Origin: Catajapyx aquilonaris
Lineage: Eukaryota
Direction: 5' to 3'
DNA length: 30,133 bases
Assembly (NCBI GenBank): GCA_000934665.2
Contig: JYFJ02001086.1
Span: forward strand, 62,001 to 92,133
Shown: positions 13,078 to 21,800 of the stretch, piece after piece
Position numbering within the stretch: the stretch's first letter is position 1
Layout of the letters: each line of letters begins with the position of its first letter
Program-made: the position numbers and the translations under genes
Notes under the pieces: generated by a model
Seen by the model: the letters and a program-made list of their open reading frames with translations, nothing else
The model's database searches: none
Told to the model about the DNA's origin: nothing

Positions 13078-16000
13078 TTAATTATTAATTTTGTTTTATA
13101 AAGAAAGTCGCTTAGCAGCATATGTTTTGTGAAAATATTATAAACTATTAGGTTTTTTTGGGGGGGACCGGAAAAGCGACTTTCTCTACCGGTTTCCTCA
13201 ATATTGGCCCAGCTACTTCTTGCTCATTTCAAGCACATTTCCGGCGCGGCCAAATTACGGAAATGGAAATTAGCAAGTACGAATTTTGGCCTCTCTTGGC
13301 AAAGTTTGAATTTCCCAGGAAACGGTTTTGCCTAGGGGGAAAAAAAGGGTGGGGGCTGGATGGCATCGCCTTTCCGATGACCCATTGATTATTCCGGTCG
13401 GAGGAAGAAGTTTCGTCAGTGGGAGAGGAGCTTTGGCACAACCTCCCCTCCCCCCCCCCTCCCTATTTGCAAATGAGGATCTTTCAATATGCAGGCGCCG
13501 CACCATCCATAGAGGACTGTATTATTATCATTTCAGATAGAGAGGCGGACCAGAATCACAATTGCACAGTCGCAGCCACGCAGTTATTGGCTTCATTTCC
13601 GCTCCGGTGATTTTCTTCCCTCAAGTCATTCTAGCGCCCACAGGAAGACTAGGGGTCAAGCAGATGGGAACCAGTTCTCTTTTTATTTCATTACTTTTTT
13701 TTCCAATGATGTTGCGGGCAAATGGACGAGCGCCTTAGTAGCGACAAAAAGTAGTTGCGTCCAAATACGGAGGGAAAGCCGTCCACCAGACGTTATTAAT
13801 GTGTTATTGAAAGGAGCAGTGAGTGATTGAACCTCTTTTAATAGGGTACATCAGGGTGGACCAGATTTTATCACTTAATCCCAAAATTGGCCTATTTGCT
13901 TTCGATAAATGATCCGACCTAGTGGCAGTCAATTCGATCCAAATGCGAATAAAAACATGCGAACAAGGCAATTCAAGCATTTTAATAAACTGGAAGGGGG
14001 TCATATTTGTAACAAGGAATCCTTTGCCACACTTTCGAATATTGATCCTGCGCCCATGAATTAACATTAGCGGGCCAACATGCTACATTTTGGGTTGACG
14101 ATCTATCGGAGCGCAAAATGGCTATGTTATCACAAAGTAATCATGGAATGATTACCTGAATGGATGCGGACCCTGAGGGTGTTATCACATAATCACGAGT
14201 AGTTGAGAAATGAGGGCTGCGATCGAAATAAATGTCAGCCTCTGCGCACCGAGATTTTTTAAACCAGCATATGCCTTCCAGTGAATTTCTCCAGTAAAAA
14301 AATGCCTATATTTGGATGCCATGATTCGATGCGGGGCTTGCAGATGCAGACGAATAATTGAGCACACTTTCAATTATTTAAAATTTGATTGTTGGAAAGT
14401 GTGGGCAGACCAATGGGGAAAAATGCACTTATAATAGGGCAAGGGTAATAGTTTGTATTGCCGGGAGTAAGTTTTAATAGCGAGTCAATCAGTTTAGTGC
14501 GTTATCATGGTGTGCCAATAGTCTACATCATAACATCCAGTACTATTCATCGCGGGCGCCAGATACCGCTTCATTTACACAAGCTGGTCCGTCCGGTGAT
14601 GATAAGACCTGCTCTTAATAATGCAAAATCCGCAGGAAAAATGTTTGCTTAATATTTTATTCAAAGTAACTTTTACGCGACATGTTTTCATGCCTCATTA
14701 CATCAGTAGGAGCTATAGATAGTCAGCCCCCCTTCCTCAGCAGCCCAACTCGGAAAATGTCAAACCACCAAATTTAGACTATATTATTCCGGCAAGTTAC
14801 AGTCCCCAGTGGTACCCCATCTGCCTATTGAATTTGCAACATCCGAGAAACATCAGGCACACCGCCACAGCACCACTATCCATAATGTAAGAAAGTGCTC
14901 CAGGAGGCATTTGATAGCCTTGCTCCCGGGTAAAAATGAGACCCCAAGAAACGGTCGTTGTTGGACCCAGCCTGGTCCAAAATGCAGACGGGTCTTTATA
15001 TAGGTGTTGTGGCGAGATGATTCGATTTGTAATGTAATATCTGCTCGGCATGAAGGCATCAGGAATAGGAGGAAAGGGGCTAGCTTTTGGCCTGGCAGAA
15101 ATTCCGTGCGCAACAAGACCAGGTTTCGGAGTCGATACTCGGAAGCCGCTTAATTATGCATGCATAAGTGAAGAGCTGGTTGAAAGTGGAGAGAGGCATG
15201 CCTACTCACTATCAGAATGTTTCCACTGCCTTTCTACCCTACTTCATATGAAAGCAGGTCCGGGTTCTTATATCATCCCGCTGAACACTTCCGCTTGGAA
15301 GCCAACTGCACCGGGCCCAACTTGAATAGGAGGTTTAATTTTTTAAATGGTGTACTCACTTCAGCGTGCTTCTGGCAGGCCTGGAGAGCCACCATGCAGT
15401 ATAATGAGACTTAGTTATTATAGACCGGGTGCTGATGTAATGAACGACTGCGTAGGATCACACATGACTTCAGCACATAATTAGCAGCTAGTCTTAAAAA
15501 GCATATGGTGGACCTAGCAACGTCCAATTATTAGAAATGCAGGGTATTTATAAGTATACTGCATCTGACGTGCATGGTGTTTCCAGGCAGAAAACGACAC
15601 TACAGGTAAAAGCATTTTGCTGCATCCGGCTGTGAACCTGTAACTTATTCAGGAGTAATGCTGAGTGAAAATCGTATACAAGTGGAAATTATATTTTTTA
15701 AGCGCTATTTGCGGAATGAAATCACTAATGTTTTTATGTAATTGGGCACAAATATTGAGCAAACATTATTCAGAAAAGCATTTTAAGAAACGGAGAAGTT
15801 GGAATGAAAAATTCAACTGAGTCGAAAAGCACTCAAAAAATAATTGTGAGTGGACTGGTATTGAATGGAGCGCCTGCATGAAATAGTTTTGGGCGAATAA
15901 AGAGAGTCGATTGTGTTTCAGCCCTTACAGGAGGATGGGCTACGCACATTTTATCGGAAATTTTTCTAAGGACCCACACTGCTCAACCTTAAATACTAAG

Positions 16001-16741
16001 AAGCATGCGGGTTCATGTCAACAATGATTAAAAGACAGTCATGCGGGTCCCCTGGACTGGAAACACGCAGATGAGGGCTACAAACCAACAGAAAAGCCAA
16101 GATGAAAGTTGGAGACGCTTGAAGTTGACAGCCTCAAGGTATGGGGGAAGAAGGGGACAAAATGAAGTTGCTTTAGGTGGGAAAGAGTTCGAGGCGTGTA
16201 GGCGGAAAGTCAAGTCAACTTAGTGAAAGGATTCTAGGGGTTGTTGTGTAATAGGTATCTTTTTTCACGTTTGAGATCAAGGATAAAATGGTTTGATGCC
16301 CTTCTGCGCCAGCGTTGCAGTTGAAACACTCTGAAATAGCAGAAGAGTGAGTTCACCCTAGCTGGAGCTGTCTTGGAAGCACAAATCCATCAGCGGGCAT
16401 TTTTTCCCTTCAGAGAGGCAACTCCCAGCCCGCAATATTATTCCGCCAAATATGTCACTGCGTTGTTTGGGAGATAAAGTAACGGGGCGTCGTCTATGTG
16501 ATGCTGGTGGGAGGAGCTTCGTTTGCATGCAAATTACGCAATTAGTCCCAGCACGAGCTCTCCTCTTCGCCATCTGCTCAATGCACCCCCTCGACTACCC
16601 CCCCCCCCCTTCCCACCCAACTCCATCCCAAACCACTGCAGGAATCCTGCTGAGATTTCTTTCTTGGGTGCATGTATCTGCCTACTGTGCGATGGGCACC
16701 CCGCTATATTAGCCTCACAAGCAGGGTTGGATCTCTGGCGT

Positions 16742-16780
16742 ATAATAATAATAACAATAATAATAATGATGATGATGATA
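16742..16780. repeat. Compound trinucleotide microsatellite (ATA)n/(ATG)n
   Basis: ataataataataacaataataataatgatgatgatgata seen directly. Confidence 0.9.
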
Positions 16781-16932
16781 TCTGATAATACTAATTTATT
16801 TTTACACCGTGATAGGGTGGAGCCCTTTTAGGGGGGTGGCATTAACGTCAGTTTTCTTCGATTTTTTTTGACTCTTATACTTCACACATGGGTGGGGCCA
16901 AGGATAGGGACGGAAGGAAGCAGCTGCGGCCT

Positions 16933-16962
16933 AACAACAACAACAACAACAATAATAATAAT
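16933..16962. repeat. Compound microsatellite (AAC)6(AAT)4
   Basis: Seen directly. Confidence 0.9.
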
Positions 16963-17443
16963 AAGAAGCAGGAATTTTCATGAATAGTGCACAGCCGCGT
17001 ATTCAAAGGTAGTTGTTTCGTGGTGATTTAGACAAACTTACAGTATAATAATGGATTATTCCGTGATAGTCCAACAGCTGGAACTGCTGTAGGTAGGGCA
17101 CAGGTCGGTCCAGTACTCGCCTTTGCAGAAAGCTAGGTGAAATATCCGGGAGGGAACTAAAATCGTGTGGCTGAAATGGCACCAGAGGAGATTCAAGATG
17201 GAGGTAGAAATGTTCAAACATAAGCTAACATATTAAGCTCGTTCGACATTACTTGGAGGTGGACCTCAACTGGCAGGAATCAGATGTCCAGTAACCCATC
17301 CGAAGTGTTTAGGCACCATTACCAACCATAGGTATACAGTATTAGTCGGCTGACGGTATGTCAAATCTCTTCCGCTATTGGTTGCCATGGCGCAAGCAGC
17401 AGTGGTAACAGAAAGTCAGTAACATCGGCATTGTTGTTACCAA

Positions 17444-17515
17444 GGCCCGTTGGTCTAGGGGTATGATGCTCGCTTCGGGTGCGAGAGGACCCGGGTTCGA
17501 ATCCCGGACGGGCCT
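17444..17515 (+). tRNA. tRNA-Pro(CGG): tRNA-Pro, anticodon CGG (intronless, eukaryotic type)
   Basis: GGCCCGTTGGTCTAGGGGTATGATGCTCGCTTCGGGTGCGAGAGGACCCGGGTTCGAATCCCGGACGGGCCT. Acceptor stem GGCCCGT/ACGGGCC pairs 7/7, anticodon stem CTCGC/GCGAG carries CGG at 17476-17478, and T stem CCGGG/CCCGG has loop TTCGAAT. It has A box TGGTCTAGGGG, B box GGTTCGAATCC and no encoded CCA. Closely matches the conserved metazoan tRNA-Pro sequence. Confidence 0.97.
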
Positions 17516-17519
17516 CACC

Positions 17520-17526
17520 TTTTTTT
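17520..17526 (+). terminator. RNA polymerase III terminator (T7) of the tRNA-Pro gene
   Basis: A run of 7 T starts 5 nt after the discriminator base. Confidence 0.85.
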
Positions 17527-17645
17527 CTGTGAATATAATAATATTTTCTTGTGTAATTAACTGCATTTGTGGCTTTCACCGACACAGGGGATTTTTTAAA
17601 TGTGACACGATGCCGTTCTCCCATATACGGGCACATGAATATGTA

Positions 17646-17875
17646 CAGGGTGTCCACAATGAACATCCCTGGTTTCAACTTGCTACCATTACGCAAGTTA
17701 CTGGACGATGGTGTCGAAATTGTACACATACGAAGGTACACTCATCAAGTTTATGTAAAAAAAAACAGTAGCCTTCCACGTGTGCTCCTTTAGTAGCAAT
17801 CACTACATTAAGCTGATAATCTCCCTCCTCAGAGGTTCTCTCCGTCATGTCAGGGGTGATGGAGGACATCATTAT
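17646..17875 (-). mobile_element. Degenerate 3' end of a Tc1/mariner-superfamily (Tc3-like) DNA transposon: terminal inverted repeat plus transposase C-terminus
   Basis: TA (17644-17645) followed by CAGGGTGTCC is a typical Tc1/mariner terminus at a TA target. About 120 bp inside, the minus strand (17875-17768) translates to IMMSSITPDMTERTSEEGDYQLNVVIATKGAHVEGY, resembling from memory the C-terminus of arthropod Tc3-like transposases (SITPDML.R.W.E.DYRLDVCRAT.GAH.E). Orientation and spacing to the TIR fit a 3' end. It may extend to about 18025 (LLWG motif, uncertain). No matching second TIR. Confidence 0.75.
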
Positions 17876-18809
17876 TTGGGCTGACCACTTTAGTTGCATA
17901 CTCTCTGTCTTGGAGTTGTGGGAAGTTGAAATTTTAAGCATGTCCAGCACTTCCACCACACAACTTGTGTTTTTCCCTCTGTAGATACTGTTTGCATCTT
18001 CCAACAGCATCCCCCACAGGAGCACCCATCACATAGAGCATAGACCATTCCAAAAATTCAATATGAAACTTGTTGAGACTCCAGACTGTTTAAACAACAA
18101 AAACCCTAAATACCTCTGCATTTCTATTTTTCGCCGCTTTTTGAAACTAGGGAGGTTCATTATGGATAGCCTGTATAGTCACCTCAATTGGCACCAAAAT
18201 TGCACGGATACGTTTGCATTTAATAATTCATGCCATATATCATAAGAACGGCTAATTCAAGAGCTATAAGTGGGTATAATAAATACCGGTATAAATGAGC
18301 GAGTAAAAGGTAAAACAGCATTAAATTTTTTTGAAGGCCCAATTTTAAGCACATAAAGTTTTCCGATTTTTCTCATGATTGTGTGTGGGTAGCAAAAAAA
18401 GTCCAGTGTCGAAATGATTCTGTCCATCAGAAAATAATTTAAAACTGCGATTGCAACAATTATTTAATTGTTATTAAGCAACAATGCGAATCCGGAAAAG
18501 CCGCTGGGCGCAGGAATTTGGGCGGCCTAGGAACGCAATAACATTATTGCAAGATACATTTGTGTTGGGTGGTTTATTTCATTACATTGTTGGAACAATG
18601 ATTGCATGTGTTGGAGCCGGTAAAGTAAGTGGGTATAACTCAAGTGACACCAGTAAGAATTGAATATGCATGAGCAGTTTGATATTGTCACTAATGGAAA
18701 ACAAACGTTGAAAATGTGAGAACCGCCCGCACAAAATATGATCATTGCTCTTTGGGCTGTAAAATTCCAGGTAAAGCAAACAACGACAAGAATCCGCTTG
18801 TGTGTAATA

Positions 18810-18839
18810 TATAACCTCTCTTTTTTATTTCAGGTGAGT
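18810..18839 (+). promoter_or_regulatory. Candidate recursive splice site (juxtaposed 3' and 5' splice sites, CAG|GTGAGT)
   Basis: Branch-like ATAAC (18811-18815), polypyrimidine tract ctctcttttttattt, CAG (18831-18833) and then immediately GTGAGT (18834-18839). There is no other AG between 18791 and 18831. Same strand as the upstream exon. Confidence 0.6.
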
Positions 18840-21800
18840 ACAAAGAGGCAGAGATTTGGGGTCGGGACCACGACGCATGCAGGACAAGTGCAGGTCGACA
18901 AGGTAGGGCAAGAGTTAGGGCTTAGGGATGGACAAGCGGCCAACGCCCTGCGTCTCCAAGGGCTTTTTCTTCCCAAGTCTCCCGTGTGGCCAGGCTTTGA
19001 GGAAGGATAGACGGCATTCCCGCCTGCGCATCCCCACGGGGAGCCCAGCGGGGCATCCGGGGCGTTGGCGTAAAATATGACGATTTGCGCAGAATGCACT
19101 CCCGTGATTTATGGAAACGCGACCGGAACTGCTAAGCACGTTTCGCAGCTTCTGATCAAACTCGGATGGAATGCGATTCATTGGCCCCAGTGCTGGGTCC
19201 CAATTTGTGCTCATCTCTAGAGTGCACTCAATTACGTGGGGTACAGCAAGTATTCAATGAGTTGGAGAGAAAGGATGGGGGTCTTTTGGTCAAGGATAAA
19301 GGGCGAGCCCGAGTCTGTTGCAAGGTATTGTTTCAAGTAGGGCAGCAATTATTGAGAAGTCGATGGTTTTAAAAGTAGCTGCAATTTAGCACTTACAGGG
19401 GCGGAGAAATGGGGAAGAAACGAATTGCTTCGTGTCATGTTTTTAAAATAATGAATTTGATCAGATTATGCAACGTAACATTGTTTTTTAGTCTACTGGA
19501 GTATAACAATTTCGACTAAAACGTGACTATGATCGTTCTGCATTTTAGTTCATCATATAATTTCCCAATTAATTGCTTTGGGCTCATTTTCTGTTATGCA
19601 ATGGCGGCTGATAGCAGCATCATAATTTTTCATGATTGGAAGGTGCTTGTAATTGTAACAAGATTTGATGACGATTGGCTCACCCTGTACATTATCGTGA
19701 AGCTTGACCTGCTCTGTCTGCACAGTGCAGTAATTCTAGCACTCGGCAAACAACCCTCTCCTAGCCCAAAATCTGCAGTATCCACTACCATTGAATGAGG
19801 ATAAGTACATCCCATCATCCGTTTGGGTCCAGAGAATAATGAGGAGGTGGTGTGCTGAGTAACTTCAGAGGAAATTGCTATTCGGCGTATTCACAAAGGA
19901 TAATTAATTAATGACTGTCGTCGTCTCGGCGACGTTTCACCTCGACTCAAAGTTGAGTCTAGTCCTGAGACTTTTTCACCCTCCATATATAGATACAGTC
20001 GATACGTATAGTGTATAGACTGTCTCCCTTCCAGCCAACGGTGCAACGGGAGGGGATCCCTGCCTTTCGCAATTGATGGATGACGAAAGCTGATGCGAAT
20101 GTCCTCCTCACCAAGTTTCCGCCTTAATTGAATCGTAAGGAGGAAATAAATGAGGCGGCATTAGCAGGCCATTTCTCTTGGCTGATGCCTGCACTATTTT
20201 TATAGCAAGTTCTGACGCTGTTCCAGCAGACCAATTTTCCTTTCGGCCCTCGATTGGAAATGTTATAGGGACTTTGACACCTACTAAATCCGACTCTGGA
20301 TGGCTATTGCCAAACTGCAGCAGCGACACCTAATGCATTTATACTGGGGGAGCTAGGGAAATTATTTGCCGGGTTCAAACTTACTAATTGGTTCGTGTCC
20401 AGGTGGCTTTGCTTTTTAATTACCCGCACAATAGGATGAATACAGTGTAATGACACCTGCTGGCATGCTGTGTTTAACCAGAATCTCTTCCTGTAATTAG
20501 TCAAACATGTCCGCGCCTAAACGTGTCCTCTCTATCCTCACAATTGGACACGTATTCCGCGTAGAGTATTTGTAGAGAAAAAAAATGTATATGATCTTAT
20601 GTCACCATAGGTATTGATTCTGGATTTTTTCAGTGGCCTCGGCAACCGTGCTTCTGACATAAATCGGAAAAAAATGTGCACCGAATGAGCAGGATAACAT
20701 GTGGTACATGTGTAGTCGTGTCAATTGCTTATGTAAAACCTGCAACTGCTAATGTGTATATTACATTTTACTCGTAGTAACAGGTACTGAACGTTCTATT
20801 GGGAAGCCTTTTACAGCATTGGAATGAGATTCACCTTTGCAATGACCGCTTAAACTGGCGTAATGACGTAGGATACTGCATTCATTAGAGTGAATGCAGA
20901 GATCCAATATTTGAAATGTTGGACTTGATGCTGCTTATTTGTTTATGTGCAGTAATTTTGCATCAGTGACAATGAGGGAAACAAGCATACACTCACAAAA
21001 CGGATTTTTGTCTGGGTTGCTGTTCCGGGTTTTTCAACCACATACCCGTAGGCGTATCAATCAAAAGGTGGAAATACTTTAAGATTAACGCATAGAGAAG
21101 CAACATTATCAAAATGATCTACAATATGAGGTGAATATGAGTAAGGCGATGTACAGCACCGATTTTTTCTTCTTCAAATGATACACGAGTCTGCGGAGAA
21201 GCATAGCACCAAGGTCCAGTTGTATGAACGGAAATAAGGGAAAATGTCTGATTATGTTCAAACATTCACAACGCTGTAATCCGACAATTTCTTCTATAGT
21301 TTGCGATGCTATACAACCAGCCGTAACTGATAAAGCACATTTGACATTAGTAGCAAAAATTCAACTCTGATTTCACCATCTCACTTCATAAGCTTCATGA
21401 GCCAAGTTTCTTTTCGGTCCTTCTTCGCCTGTGAGAAGCGCCGGGGCAGACAATAAGAAAGAAAGAAAGAAAAAGCCCAGTGGCTGTTGAACACGGACGA
21501 ACGTGACTGAAAATCCGGTGAAAGAGGGAAAGTTGCTTACTGGGGGCGGGGGTGGGGGGTGGGCCGTGGCTTCATATCCGGTCCGGGGAGGCTCTCATTT
21601 CGAACAAACCAACCTCCTCGTCTACTTCAAACCTTTGAAAAGTTGCCGTTAATAATTGTCTGGGTCGTGGAAAGTTCTTCTCCCGCAGCTGCACCCCCCT
21701 CGGAATAACTTGATCCGAATCGCGCTTGTCTTCGCCAGATCTCTTTTCCCAAGCCGCGAAAACAGCTAATATGGCATTCTGCAGCCTCCCGAAGCCACCA

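Noticed and set aside
19670..19689. CACCCTG+TA as the partner TIR of the mariner end at 17646
   Set aside because: Only the terminal 7 bp match exactly (CAGGGTG-AGCC versus CAGGGTG-TCCA), and no transposase relic is visible at 18060-19680. At most an unrelated solo terminus.
19914..19970. Hammerhead-ribozyme-like layout on the minus strand (CTCAGGA-stem-GAAAC-stem)
   Set aside because: The core is broken: CTCAGGA instead of CTGANGA, GAC instead of an NUH cleavage triplet, and no stem I. Similar partial matches near 1410 and 23677 also fail.
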